Of a DNA stretch of 64,000 bases, positions 1 through 11,637 are shown piece by piece. Position 1 is the stretch's first letter. Every line of letters starts with the position of its first letter. The notes below the pieces were generated by a model that was given only the letters and a program-made list of their open reading frames with translations, was not told where the DNA came from and ran no database searches. The translations under genes and the position numbers were made by a program. This DNA is from Rebecca billardiae RCC1528 (Eukaryota > Protista > Haptophyta), in contig OZ251223.1 of NCBI GenBank assembly GCA_965240325.2, forward strand, positions 2,480,001 to 2,544,000, read 5' to 3'.

Positions 1-130
1 CGACAGCAAGGCGACGGCGCACCGGCGCACGTCGCGCCGGTACGCCGCGATCGCGCGCGACTCGCGCGTCGTGCTGGTCACCGGCACCAGGCGGCAGCAG
101 CGCGTCGCGGCGCAGGGGCTCGGCAGCAAG

Positions 131-2854
131 ATGGCGGACGCCGAGGACGAGGCGCCGCGGCTGCCGCCCGCGCCCGTGCTGTGGCTGCTGCGCGACGAGA
201 AGGGGCGGCTGCTGCTGCCGATCCTGACGGGCGGCAGCGGCGTGGTGGGCGAGGACGACGGCGCGCCCGGCGCGTGCTTCGGCCTCGCCCCGCCCCTCCC
301 CACCTTCCGCGGGGACGAGCACGGCAGCCAGCCCTCCGCCTCCTCCCTCTCCTCCCTCGCCTCCCTCGCCTCCGTGCTGCTCGGCCGGCTCCGCCGCGGC
401 GACAAGGGCGACAAGGGCGACAAGGGCAAGGATGCGGAGCAGGGCAAGGGGCAGAACGGCGTGGAGGAGCACGGCCCCAAGGAGGAGGAGGCGCACAAGA
501 ACGAGGAGGAGAAGCACAAAAAGCACAAGAAGCACGACCACGCCGACCACGCCGACCACGAGCTCGGCGAGGGCGAGGACGGCGAGGTGGCGGCCGCCCA
601 GCAGAGCGGCGAGTCGCGCGGCGGCGGCGCGCTCAGGAGGCTGCGCCAGAGGCGCGCCGAGGATCGCGAGCGGAAGGCGGAGGAGCGCGAGCCGACGCGG
701 CCCTCCGAGTTCGACGACGAGGCGCTCGCGCGGCTGCGCAAGCTCCACCTGCGCGCGCAGCTCGCCGCGCTCGGCGTGCGGTACGCTGCCGCGTACGAGG
801 CGATGCCGCCTGTGCCGCGCCGCGTGCGCGCCAAGCACGCACACATCAAGCTGCGGGCGCTCGCGCGCGACGCGAAGCGCGTGGCGCCGCTCGGCGAGGC
901 GGTGGTGTATACGAGCTCGCGCTCGAAGCGGCGGGTGGAGCTGCTCGTCGGCTGGTGGAAGCGCGCGACCGACCTCGCCGAGGCGCACGCCGAGCTCGCC
1001 GAGGAGAACCGCGTGCGTCTCTCGCGCGTGCAGATGCTCGGCCTCGCGATCGCGACGTGTGTCGCCACGCTGCTCATCCTGGACAACCACTCGGCGGAGA
1101 TCGCCGCCGGCGTGGGCGGCGTGGGCGACGCGGCGAACAGCACGGCGGCCGGGCTCGCCGACGGCGCGGCCGTCGGCCGCGAGGGAGCCGCGCGCGAGGG
1201 CCGGCGCCTCCTCGCCGAGGCCGCCACCGTGTGCGCGGCGCGTGCGCTCGTGCCCCTCGCGGCGCGGGCGGTGGCGGGCGTGGCGGGCGCCGCGGCGGGC
1301 GCGCTGAGCGGGCAGGGCGCGGAGGGCGCGGAGGGCTGGCGCCGCCGTCTCGCCGAGCTCGCCGACGAGCCCTCGGCACCCTCCGCGCGCGCGTCCAACG
1401 AGACGCTGCCCCCCGCCGACGCCGACGCCCCCGAGCCGCACAAGCACCACCACCAGCGCGCGGACGTGGTCCACAGCGGGCTGGTCGTCGGGCTGACCGG
1501 CTTTGGCACCGCCATCGTCGCCGCGCTCGTCACCTTCGGCAAGCTCGCGGGGTACGAGGCGAAGGCGAACGAGCACTTGGTCGCCTCGCGCGACTTTGCG
1601 TCCGTCAGCGCGGAGATCGAGGAGCTGCTCGTCGCGCTGCACGCCGAGGCGACCAACCTCGACCCCGACGCCGACCCGACCGACGTGGACGAGTCGGGCT
1701 CGGACGCGGAGGCGCTTTTCCGAGCGCTTGATTATGTCGACGGCACGCCCGACCCCGATGAGGAGCGCGACCTGAGCTCGGCAGGGCCGGCGGCGCGCGT
1801 GTCGAAGCGGGGCGGCGTCGCCGGGCTCGCGGAGGACCTCAGCCTCGCGCTCAGCCAGGACTCGCAGGCGTTTGTCGTGGCGGTGGACGTGCAGCCCCTC
1901 CCGCCGCAGATGGCGCTCGACCGACAGATCAAGATGCAGGCGCGCGCGCACCGCGCGCGCGCGTACGCGCCGCACCGGCCTGACGCCCACAAGCGCGCCG
2001 CGCTGCCCCCGCGCGCTCGGCTCCCCCGCCCGCCCCCGCGACGCCCGCCGGACGTGTGCGCGCAGCGCTGGTACCGGCTGTGCGGCGAGTACCGCATCGC
2101 GCACGCGCTGCTCTCGTCGCAGCTGCGCCGCCGCTCGCAGTCGCTCGGCTTCAACTCGCTCGTGCTCGCCACCCTGGCGTCCGTCCTGCTCATCCTCAAG
2201 ATGAACACCCCCGCCGGGCTGCTGTCCACACTCGTGATGGCTCTCAACGGTGCGCGCGCGCCCCGGACCCCGCGCCACGCCGAGTGCCTCCGCCCGGCGT
2301 GCAGCAGCCGTCCTCGAACCACCCAGCCCTCACCGCCCGCGGCTCTGTCTGTCTGTGTGAACGACCGCCGACCCACGTCCCTCCTTACCCCCGCCCCCTC
2401 CGATCACGGCCGCGCAGCGTACGTGCGGTACACTAACTACGCGGAGCGCTCCGACCTGCACGAGGTGAGCAAGCGCGAGTTTGCGACGCTGCAGCGGCTG
2501 CTGCTCGTGCTGCTGCGCACGGCGAGCGTGCAAAAGCAGCGCGACGCGTTCCAGCGGCTTGTCGAGCGGATCGTCGCCGCGCGCAACGAGATGCCCGCGC
2601 TGCCCGACGACATCGGCCGGTGGAAGGACGACGAGGGGCAGCCGCTCTTCGAGCTGATCACGGAGAAGGGGCGGAAGCGCGAGGCGCGCGGCGAGGGCAA
2701 GGCGGCCGCGCAGGCGATGAGCGTCTCAAAGCCGCAACCTGTCGATTCGGACAGCGACTCGGACTCCTCCACAGACGACGAGCAAGAGGGCGGGATGCTC
2801 AGCCGGCTGAAGAGCGGTCCGGCGGCCCTCCTCGGCCGAAGCGGGCTGCGCTGA
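131..2854 (+). CDS. Membrane protein with two tandem SLATT-like (2-TM) domains; 2 inferred introns (1940-2065 GC-AG, 2250-2417 GT-AG)
   Basis: Two copies of the pattern W..R....AH...(TM)...(TM)..Y..K/RA/S..H..S.R.F..: GWWKRATDLAEAH...GYEAKANEHLVASRDFASV and RWYRLCGEYRIAH...TNYAERSDLHEVSKREFATL. Removing two 3n GC-rich low-complexity introns restores the second domain. ATG at 131. Confidence 0.6.
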   Translation: MADAEDEAPRLPPAPVLWLLRDEKGRLLLPILTGGSGVVGEDDGAPGACFGLAPPLPTFRGDEHGSQPSASSLSSLASLASVLLGRLRRGDKGDKGDKGKDAEQGKGQNGVEEHGPKEEEAHKNEEEKHKKHKKHDHADHADHELGEGEDGEVAAAQQSGESRGGGALRRLRQRRAEDRERKAEEREPTRPSEFDDEALARLRKLHLRAQLAALGVRYAAAYEAMPPVPRRVRAKHAHIKLRALARDAKRVAPLGEAVVYTSSRSKRRVELLVGWWKRATDLAEAHAELAEENRVRLSRVQMLGLAIATCVATLLILDNHSAEIAAGVGGVGDAANSTAAGLADGAAVGREGAAREGRRLLAEAATVCAARALVPLAARAVAGVAGAAAGALSGQGAEGAEGWRRRLAELADEPSAPSARASNETLPPADADAPEPHKHHHQRADVVHSGLVVGLTGFGTAIVAALVTFGKLAGYEAKANEHLVASRDFASVSAEIEELLVALHAEATNLDPDADPTDVDESGSDAEALFRALDYVDGTPDPDEERDLSSAGPAARVSKRGGVAGLAEDLSLALSQDSQAFVVAVDVQPLPPQMALDRQIKMQARAHRARAYAPHRPDAHKRAALPPRARLPRPPPRRPPDVCAQRWYRLCGEYRIAHALLSSQLRRRSQSLGFNSLVLATLASVLLILKMNTPAGLLSTLVMALNGARAPRTPRHAECLRPACSSRPRTTQPSPPAALSVCVNDRRPTSLLTPAPSDHGRAAYVRYTNYAERSDLHEVSKREFATLQRLLLVLLRTASVQKQRDAFQRLVERIVAARNEMPALPDDIGRWKDDEGQPLFELITEKGRKREARGEGKAAAQAMSVSKPQPVDSDSDSDSSTDDEQEGGMLSRLKSGPAALLGRSGLR

Positions 2855-3516
2855 TCCGGAGCCTCGCCGCTGCCTCGTCGACGCCCGCTTCACTCCGCTT
2901 GGCCGCGTCGGACTCGGAGTACTCGGACCTCGGAACTCAGAAGTACTCACTTCGGAGTGTCGCCAACTGTCCTGTTATCCAACGACCAGTCGACCGGTTG
3001 TGCCGCCTGACGACGTTGCCAGAGGGCTCAGAGGCTGCTACACTCCTAGTCCTACTAGTACTAACTAAGACTACCGTATAAGATGAATAGATGATGCCTC
3101 AGCCTCAGGCCCTCAGCGGTCAGCCTGCCGCGCCGTGACCCGTGGCCGTGTCCGTGTCGCAGCCATGGGCGCTGGCCGCTGTGTCAGTGTGTGACATCAG
3201 AAGTCTACGACTGTATGACACAGTACAGACTGCTGTCATCTGTACGACTAGTACTGTACTTACAGTATGTAGCTTCAGGAAGGCTTCTGTCTGACGACGA
3301 AATCGATATCTGAAATCGTCTGATGAACCTGTGACGAGGAATTACCGTGCATAACGTACTGGTATTGACGTGTCGGATGAACAGTCCCAGGCTGGTGTGC
3401 ACTTCACCGAAGTTACCAGCCGTTGGACCCGCATCACCGCGCTGGCACTTTGTGACTTTGAACTGGTTGGTGCGGCAGCGGCGGATGGTTCCGTTTTGCT
3501 GACGAGGCTCGCCATC

Positions 3517-4836
3517 ATGCGCGCATCACTCCCGCTGCAGCTCCGGCGCCCGCTGGCGCGCCTGGCGCAGGCTGTCCAGCCGGCCAGCACTTCAGGTGTG
3601 CTCGAGCTGGACAACCAGAGAGCGTCCATCGTCATCGACCTCCCCTCGCACGGTCCCAGCCGGCTGTCCTTCGCGTGGCTGCTCGACCACACGCCCTCGT
3701 TGCGCCATCCAGTCACGCGGCAGCGAGAGCTGCTCGTCTCGGAGCTCGCCGAGGACAGGCTGCGCGCAGCCGATGCTCGTGTGGTGGGTGATGACCTCGA
3801 AGTGCACTGGGAGGCAGGTCTAACAGCCGCGCACGGCACCGACACGCGTGTGGGCAGCAGATGCACCCGCTTCGCACTGAGCGAGCTGGACCGCTTGCTC
3901 GTCCAGCGCCGCGGCACGTGTGACTCGGGGTCTGGCGTCGGGGCCCTGGGGGAGCAGACCTACTTGGGCATGTGGTCATCTCCAATGCACGCCGCGCCGG
4001 CGTACGACCCGGTAACGTGGGGCGCAGGCCTCCTCAGCAGCAAGACTCGCCCATCAGTGGCTGCCGAGAGTTTGCTCACGGATGATGGCCTGCGCCGGGG
4101 CCTCACGCTGCTGCGCGACTACGGCGTGCTCCACCTGTCGTGCACGCCGGAGGAGAAAGATCGTACGCGCACGATCGTCGAGCGCATCGGCTCCGTGCGG
4201 CAGACTTTCTACGGGGGCATGTGGTCGACGGTCGCAGACGCCGACCAGACGGGCACAAACGACTCCGCGTACACAAACGTTGGCATCAAGCCGCACACGG
4301 ATGGCACCTACTTCCGCGATCCGCCGGGGCTGCAGGTGCTGAACTGCGTTGGGGCTGCGGCCGAGGGGGGGGACACCCTGCTGGTCGACGGCGCCGCTGT
4401 CGTCGACACCCTGCGCGCCGAGCTGCCCTCGACGCTCGCCTTCCTCACACAGACCGCGCTGCCGTGGTTTTGCTACGATGAGCCGGCAGTGAGACTCTCG
4501 GCCTGGGAGCCCGTCGTGAAGTTCGACGCGCACGGCCACCTCGATCTGCTGCGCTTCAACGAGTACGACCGCGGTGACCTGCCGGGTGCTGGCGACTGGT
4601 ACGACCGCATCTTCCTGCCCCACTGGCGTGCACTCGTCGAGTGCGTCAACCGGCCGGCGCACGTCGAACGCTTCCGCCTCCAGCCGGGTGAGGGCCTCAT
4701 CGTGAGCAACCACCGCGTGATGCACGGGCGCACGGCCTTCTCCGGTGGGCGGCGCGAGATGATCGGCTGCTACATAGGACGCGACGACTTCGACAGCCGC
4801 TTGCGCGCGCTTGGATTGCTGCCGATGGGAGGATAG
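3517..4836 (+). CDS. TMLHE: Trimethyllysine dioxygenase / gamma-butyrobetaine hydroxylase family (Fe(II)/2OG, TauD fold), probably mitochondrial
   Basis: N-terminal GBBH-like WLLDH segment; DSAYTNVGIKPHTDGTYFRDPPGLQVLNC (HxD); RFNEYDR; NHRVMHGRTAF (distal His); Arg-rich presequence MRASLPLQLRRPLARL. Confidence 0.85.
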   Translation: MRASLPLQLRRPLARLAQAVQPASTSGVLELDNQRASIVIDLPSHGPSRLSFAWLLDHTPSLRHPVTRQRELLVSELAEDRLRAADARVVGDDLEVHWEAGLTAAHGTDTRVGSRCTRFALSELDRLLVQRRGTCDSGSGVGALGEQTYLGMWSSPMHAAPAYDPVTWGAGLLSSKTRPSVAAESLLTDDGLRRGLTLLRDYGVLHLSCTPEEKDRTRTIVERIGSVRQTFYGGMWSTVADADQTGTNDSAYTNVGIKPHTDGTYFRDPPGLQVLNCVGAAAEGGDTLLVDGAAVVDTLRAELPSTLAFLTQTALPWFCYDEPAVRLSAWEPVVKFDAHGHLDLLRFNEYDRGDLPGAGDWYDRIFLPHWRALVECVNRPAHVERFRLQPGEGLIVSNHRVMHGRTAFSGGRREMIGCYIGRDDFDSRLRALGLLPMGG

Positions 4837-5348
4837 TCGCCGCCGGCCGATGACGATGTGCGGAGCCCGATGTCGATGACAGCTGTGCGAATGCGGAATG
4901 AGTAACTAACGTATTTAGCTATACGACTTTTTTTTCTAGTCGGAGTGAGGCTCCGCTCAGCCCGTCATCAGGGCTCATTCAACTAGTTCAGCAAGGCTGA
5001 ACGGTGAACCGGGCCGTGCCCCCTCACCCCTGGCCGTTGCCCGTGGCCGTTGGCCGTTACCGCCGTATAGCCCGGTTGCAAGTGTCTTCAAGTAAAAGTT
5101 GCGCGGGCAGACGGGGCTAGGGCGCCCGCCCCGGGGCTAGCGGGCTAGCCCGCTAGGCCTAGGTCAGCTTCAGCTCCGCGTAATAACTATTGATATAACT
5201 ACCGCGTAGTCAACTATAGGCACTAGGCGCACTAGCCTCAGACTCGTCTATGACTCTATCTATATTGCGCTGACTGCATGACTATGAGTCTATGACTATC
5301 TGACTGACCTACGCTGATCCATGATCGGCGCCCCCAGGCCCAGCGATT

Positions 5349-5585
<237 letters not shown>

Positions 5586-5729
5586 CTCATCCGAACTGGC
5601 AGGGCGTCGACGGTCGAGGCCGTCAACGGTCAAGTCCGCTAGCATGAGTCAGCAGCCGCAGGCTTGCCGCTTGGCGGCAGGCCCGCGATCAGTCAAATGT
5701 CAATGCTGAGCCCTGGACGCCGACTGATC

Positions 5730-7456
5730 TAGGGGGGCCAAACCGCCCATTTAAAAATGAAAAGCAAAGTCGCGTCGCATTTTCGCTCCGCCCTCGGCCT
5801 TTTACCGGGTGGCGCGGAGCCTTTTTCTCGGACCTCGCTCGAAAATCGAGCTCCGACGCCTTCGGGCGCTCAGAGCTCGGTTCCGCTCCAGCACGAGCGG
5901 CCGGAGGCAGTGGACCGCCGCGCGCTCGCGACCTTTGAGACGCCGAGATGGTCTCGGGTGCGCGCGCGCGTGACGCTGGTGGGCGCTACTGACCCGTGCC
6001 TTTGCGCCACCAGCGGCTCACCACCCGCTTCTTGGCCACCTCGCGCCGTGCGCGGCGCGCGTCGGCCGGCTTGAATTGGTGCGCTGCGTACGCCCGCTAC
6101 GCTACCGCACGGTGTGGCGCATGATCAACTCGGACCAATGAGATCGATGCTCGGACCAATCGTCCATGTATGTCTGTGAATGCCCAGCTCGCCTAACCTG
6201 CCCTACTGCGCCGGAATCGCCGTCAGCAGACCGGCGCGAGCTCGCGCACAGCACCTCCGCGGAGCTTGCAACTGTCATGTTCCGCTTGTAGGGCCCGTGT
6301 TTGCACCTGCCGCGGCACTTGCGATGGTCAGTACGTTGGGTATGGGTCACGTGTGCCCTCTGATGGCGTCTGGGCGCCTCCCATTCGCCTCTCAGGACGT
6401 CGCGGACGTGCTCGCAGGCAGCGGTTGGCTCATTCGACAGGTCCGACGTGCACTCGACCGTGCCTGCAAGCGCGCCCCTGTGACGCTCATGCCTGCAGAA
6501 GCAGATGCAGATGGGCCCTCATGCACCCTGGTGCGCCCAAGACCGGCGGGAGCGTCAGAGACCGTCTCAATCTTGACACCTTGCACACGCCGGCGCTTGC
6601 CGTTGGGCTCCGCGCAGCCAGCCAGGAGCGCTGGAGCGCCGAACAACGCCGGATCAGCCTCTGTAGGCCGAATATCCGCCCCTAAGCCCAGAAATAGCGC
6701 GGAACAGGGTAGTGCGTACCTATGTGGACCAATCCCATCCAGCCTGGTTTGGTGCAGACACGCCAGCCACCGCCTGGAGCAGACGTTTGCTGCCGAATCG
6801 CATGCTCGGCACTGTGCCGCACTGCGACGACGACAGATTTGACCTGCCTCGTAGGTCTCGGCCAGGGAGCGGTGACGGTTGGCTCGAGTGACTTTAAACC
6901 GTGACTATGACCGAGAGCACTCCCGGGCTGAGGACGTGGGGCCGGTGCTTTGGGTCTAATATGTCTGCATTACGCCGTACGCGTGGCCGTATACACAGTC
7001 TGAAAACGTATCTCGCAGCTCGAGATCAGATGAGGCTGTATTCATCAGCATGGCGCCTATATACACAGTGGGTATGTAACGATCGGTGGCTTCTAGGAAA
7101 CTACATATTTGACAGCCTGCCAGTACACAGCCTATATCGCATGTTGGGACCTGCTGCTGCTGGGGACTCAGAACGATCTCGCTGAGATGCTCTAACAAAG
7201 TGAGGTCGACATGGTCTATATGTCACATATAGGACGACCGTTACATGCCGTTTCCAATAAATTCAGGCTCATTCTAATAAGTAAATATGCTAGCCGTTAC
7301 GCCCTATATTCAGGGTATGTGCACCTGATTTTTTTACATGGCCGGCCCAGACCCCTCCAGAGGGCAAATGATCCAGCCCGAAATCAGCTCTAAACACTCG
7401 CTAGGACCCGCGCTCGTGGCCGTCAGTAACGCTACAGTGCCACTTTGGCCCCCCTA
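5730..7456. mobile_element. Non-autonomous DNA transposon, 1727 bp, 13-bp perfect terminal inverted repeats, hAT-like ends
   Basis: TAGGGGGGCCAAA (5730-5742) and TTTGGCCCCCCTA (7444-7456), flanked by direct repeat ACTGATC (5723-5729 and 7457-7463). Interior is lower GC in part and has no recognisable transposase ORF. Confidence 0.8.
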
Positions 7457-7620
7457 ACTGATCTGACTGAGTATTAATTATTATTAACAGAGACGACGCA
7501 GTGTCACGCCATCAATCATCATCGATCATCATGATCAGCCGGAGGCAGGCAGCAAGGCCAGACGAATCCGAAACCCACTACGGCTCATCAGGCTCGTCAC
7601 TAGTCTCCCGATTTTCAGAC

Positions 7621-9406
7621 TCAGGCGGCGAACATGAACGTAGGGAGCGGCTGCTCGCACCCACCCGCGGCGGGCTGCATACCAAAGGCAAACTGCTGCC
7701 CGCCGGCGCACGTCGTCGGCGCGGCGGCGCTGTCCTCCGCATCCTCCTCGCCGAAGTACTTCTCGAGAATGTGCACGGCCTTCTCGTACACCTCGTGGTG
7801 CGAGTGCTCCTGCAGCGCCTCGAGCTTGTCGATCGCACCCAGCTCGTCCAGCGACATGACCACCTTGTTCTCGGCGCCGCTGGCGGCGCTCACCTCGTCG
7901 GCAGCTTTGAGCACGTTCGTCAGGAAGTCGAGCGTGATCGTCACCACCTTCGAGTCAGACGTCTCGAGCAGCTCGCACATGGGCTCGAGCACGCCGTACG
8001 AGTTCGCGATGAACATGACCTGCTCGCTGGACGAGCCGTGCACCGAGTTGCACACCGTCCAGCACGCCTCCTTCTTCACCTCAAACTCGGCGTTCTTGAG
8101 CGCGTGCGCGACGGGCAGGAGCACGCCCGACTGGAGCACCGCGTTCAGCTGCGCGGGGGTGCCCGCCGCGATGTTCGAGATCGCCCAGCACGCCTCCTTG
8201 CGCTCCTGCATCTTGGTGCCCGCGGTGATCAGCTGGCCGAGCAGCGGCAGCGCGCCGGCATCGACGACCTGCTGCGTCAGCTGGTCGGCGCCGGTCACAA
8301 TGTTGCCGATGGTGCGCAGGGCGGGCAGCTTGATCTTGGACGAGACGTTCGTGAGGCAAGTCACAAGGCGGACCGCGATGCCGGTCTCCAGCACCACGCC
8401 AATCCGCGCATCGTCGCCGTCCGTGAGGTAGCTGAGCGCCCACAGCGCATCGGAGAGCACCTCCTCGTCCGAGGACGAGCGCACGATCTCGGCGAGGGTC
8501 GGGATGGCCTCGCGCACCTGCGCGAGATTGGGGGCGGGGGCCCGGTGGTCGCACGCGCGAGCGGGCACGCGCACATTATGCGCCACACTTCTGGCGTCTG
8601 ATCACGCGCCGCTCGCGCAGGGACATGGCGCAGGGCCGGCAGAGGCGATGCGTGGCGCGGGAGGGCAGTGCGGCGATGCTGTGCGGCGCACGCACCGAGT
8701 CGAGATTGGGCACCGGCTTGCCGCGGCAGAGGTTGGAGATCACCCACACGGCGGTGCGCAGCATCGAGACGGTGGGGCTCGAGGTCACCGTGTTCAGCAG
8801 AGAGGTGAGCGCACCCGCCGCAAGCACCGCGTCGCGCAGCTGCGGCCCGTCTCCCGCGATGTTGCCCAGGGCCCAGATCGCCTGCTCGCGCGTGTCGTCG
8901 GCGGGCGAGCTGAGCAGGCGGACGAAGGCGGGGATGGCGTTCGCCTCGGCGATGGTTCTAGTCTGCGCGGATGTCCCCGAGGCGATGTTCGTCAGGCACC
9001 ACGCGGCCTCGAACTGCAGCTTGGGCACGGCATCGATGGCGAGAAGCTGCACGAGGTGGGGGACGACACCGCTGCCGATGACCTCGTCGATCGGCGGCTG
9101 CTTCTCGATGGAGAGGAGCTTGCGCAGGCCAATCACGCACTCGAGCGCCGTCGATTCGACGTACGCGCCGCTCACCAGCGCCATGATGTCCTTCGGGTGC
9201 GCCGTGTTGGTGGTGGCCGCCTCCTGCACGCTGTCGTTCGCGTCCGTGGCCGCGGTGTGCAGGGCACGACGCTTCTGCAGGCCCTCCTCGCGCTTGGACT
9301 TGCGCAGCTCGAAGCCCTTTTCTTCGCGCTTCTTCCGCGCATCGTCGCGGTCGATGCCCTTCTTGAACGCGTTCTTTCGCTCGCTGATGGACGACGACGA
9401 CGACAT
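7621..9406 (-). CDS. KPNA: Importin subunit alpha (karyopherin alpha), about 535 aa; intron 8518-8695
   Basis: IBB domain (RKKREEKGFELRKSKREEGLQKRR); ARM repeats (LQFEAAWCLTNIASG, REQAIWALGNIAGD, KEACWAISNIAAG); C-terminal VYEKAVHILEKYF. A GT-AG intron joins the two ORFs in phase 0. Confidence 0.95.
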
Positions 9407-9614
9407 GGTAGGACGGCAGGTTCACCTCGGTGGGTGGAGGCGGGCGCGGGTGCGTGAGGGAGTTTCGTACCACTGGGACCGTTTCGCGTTCCTCTCTGGT
9501 CACGGCGGATTCACTCGCTGCCGGGTTCGGTCCGCATATCACCGGACCGGACCGGTCCCCCGCAAACGCCGTCGCGACGCGAAATCGCGAAGCTTCATCA
9601 CGACCGACCGGGCA

Positions 9615-10007
9615 ATGACGTCGCGCGTGCTCACAGCAGCCCTGCTCGTGGCCGGCCTTCTAGGCGAGGCTCGGGCGCTGGCGCCAGGCGCCTCCCGTGT
9701 GACGCTCTCACGGAGGACCGCGCTCACTCTCGCGCGCCCGCTCTACCTGTCCGCGACCGAAGCGGACGAAGACACGACGGAGCAACCTCCAGCCACGCCA
9801 GCGGACGAGGTCGAGCCGGCGTCGCCCCCGTCTCTCTTCCAATCACAGAGCGATGATCCGTCTGTCGGTCCGGCTGAGGGTCTGGATCTTCGCCTACTGC
9901 CCTACGTTGTCGTTCCCTTGTTCGTACTCGCCACCCAGCTCTTCTTCACCTTCTCGCGTGACAGCCTCCCGACGGACTTCCTCGGTGCTGCTGACATGAC
10001 TCGCTAG
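9615..10007 (+). CDS. Small predicted plastid-targeted single-TM protein, about 130 aa
   Basis: Signal peptide MTSRVLTAALLVAGLLGEARA, transit-like R/S/T-rich stretch, acidic linker and C-terminal hydrophobic helix (LLPYVVVPLFVLATQLFFTF). Confidence 0.6.
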   Translation: MTSRVLTAALLVAGLLGEARALAPGASRVTLSRRTALTLARPLYLSATEADEDTTEQPPATPADEVEPASPPSLFQSQSDDPSVGPAEGLDLRLLPYVVVPLFVLATQLFFTFSRDSLPTDFLGAADMTR

Positions 10008-10551
10008 GTGAAAGGGGCGATTCCTGCAGTTCGAGGACTCGTTGGGGCCTCATGCAACGGCAGCTCTGCTCCTGTTCGCCCGACGGTGCGTTTACACGCA
10101 TGGCGCGCTGTGCACCGCAGCCCCCCTGCCCCTCCGCCGCCACTGATGGTGCTCAAGTGCCAGTCAACAAAGAACACCACGGAATCCTGCTAAGGCAACA
10201 TGGTGAATCAGCAGTGATCAGTCTCCGACGAGTCTAACACGGTAAATGTGTATATATGGTTAAAAAGTGGCGGCGGCGTACGTACACGTATGCCTCGCGC
10301 ATCAGCCGATCAGGTCGTCGACGTCCGATCATGTAGTACTAGTATGTACCGTGATGACTGATGTACGGTCACCGTATACACTTCAGTCACTGTGACTACA
10401 GAACCGAATGAGAATCCGAGTAACGGCGTCATCGTAATATATATATTGAGCAGCCTGTCCGCTCGCGGGCGCTGGTCCCAGCGGGCAGCCGTGGTGCCAG
10501 CGCAGCCAGACAGAGTCGCTGCCCAAGTACCGTAGACCGGCGACAGGCTAT

Positions 10552-10683
<132 letters not shown>

Positions 10684-10713
10684 CATCAGTGTCGTTGATC
10701 TAATCCGCATTGA

Positions 10714-11637
10714 TCATCCGCAGCCCAGCCATTTCTTCCCAGCGTCGTTCATCGTCGCCGTGAGCGCGAACGTGGGCGCGGACTTCAGCGCGTTTAGCAT
10801 GCACCCGCGGTACAGAGAGCGCACGCCTTCCTCGCGAATGATGGATGAGACGCACGCAACGATGGAGCCCCGGTACTTGCAGTTGCCCTTCCCAAGCGTG
10901 CCATCAACCATCAGCCTGCGCTTGACGGAGTCGAGCGGGTAGCACATGAGCGAGGCGCACAACCCGGAGAACCAGCTCGCGCCTAACCGTGTGCGCGTGC
11001 TGATAGGCCCTCCTTCCGGGTTGAGCGCGTGCTTGAGGTACTCGAAGCCACCGAGGGAGATCGCCGTGTACGGCGCAATCTCCATCACGGACATCAGCAG
11101 GCCGCGGTAGACGCCCCAAAGCCCCTGGGCGGCGATCATCCCACGCAATGTGACGATGATGCCCTTCGAGCTTTGCGAAGACACGGCGATGTGCGTGCGC
11201 GCCAGGTCGAGCGGATGGCTGAAGAGGCACACCGCGGCGCCCGTCATTGCGCCAGCGCACAACTCGCGGCCCAGGGAGAGCGGCTTGCCTGCCTCGCCAC
11301 CGGCGGCGACGACCGCGCGGAAGTGGTCGAGCAGGGCGAAGCGTAGAGCGTAGGTCGGGACGATGCGAGCTAGGTTTGCGACGTTGCCCTTCCAAAGCGA
11401 TGCGAAGCCCTCCTCTGCATGCACGCGGCGCAGCGCGTCAAACGGCCCATCAAACTTGGTGCTCGTCTGCAGCAGCAGCTTGATGCGCTCGAAGGGCGCA
11501 AGGGCACTCTTTGCGACGGCAGATGCCATGCCTCCGGCAACGAGCCGGCAGATGGGGTCCGCGACGGGGCCGCCTTCCGCTGCACGCGCCATCATGGCGA
11601 GAACGAGCAGGACGAGCCACGCTGCGGGCGTGCGCAT
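10714..11637 (-). CDS. Mitochondrial carrier family (SLC25) protein, adenine-nucleotide/CoA-carrier-like, with signal-peptide-like N-terminus
   Basis: Three Px[DE]xx[KR] motifs ([20 protein letters not shown]); [15 protein letters not shown]; GVRSLYRG. Start taken at [19 protein letters not shown]. Confidence 0.88.
   Translation of the reverse strand: MRTPAAWLVLLVLAMMARAAEGGPVADPICRLVAGGMASAVAKSALAPFERIKLLLQTSTKFDGPFDALRRVHAEEGFASLWKGNVANLARIVPTYALRFALLDHFRAVVAAGGEAGKPLSLGRELCAGAMTGAAVCLFSHPLDLARTHIAVSSQSSKGIIVTLRGMIAAQGLWGVYRGLLMSVMEIAPYTAISLGGFEYLKHALNPEGGPISTRTRLGASWFSGLCASLMCYPLDSVKRRLMVDGTLGKGNCKYRGSIVACVSSIIREEGVRSLYRGCMLNALKSAPTFALTATMNDAGKKWLGCG

Noticed and set aside
6180-7198. ORFs inside the 1.7-kb transposon as a transposase
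   Set aside because: No DDE, BED-finger or hAT dimerisation motifs recognisable.
10452-10549. 8-bp inverted repeat AGCCTGTC/GACAGGCT between TA tracts
   Set aside because: Too short and asymmetrically placed to distinguish from chance.
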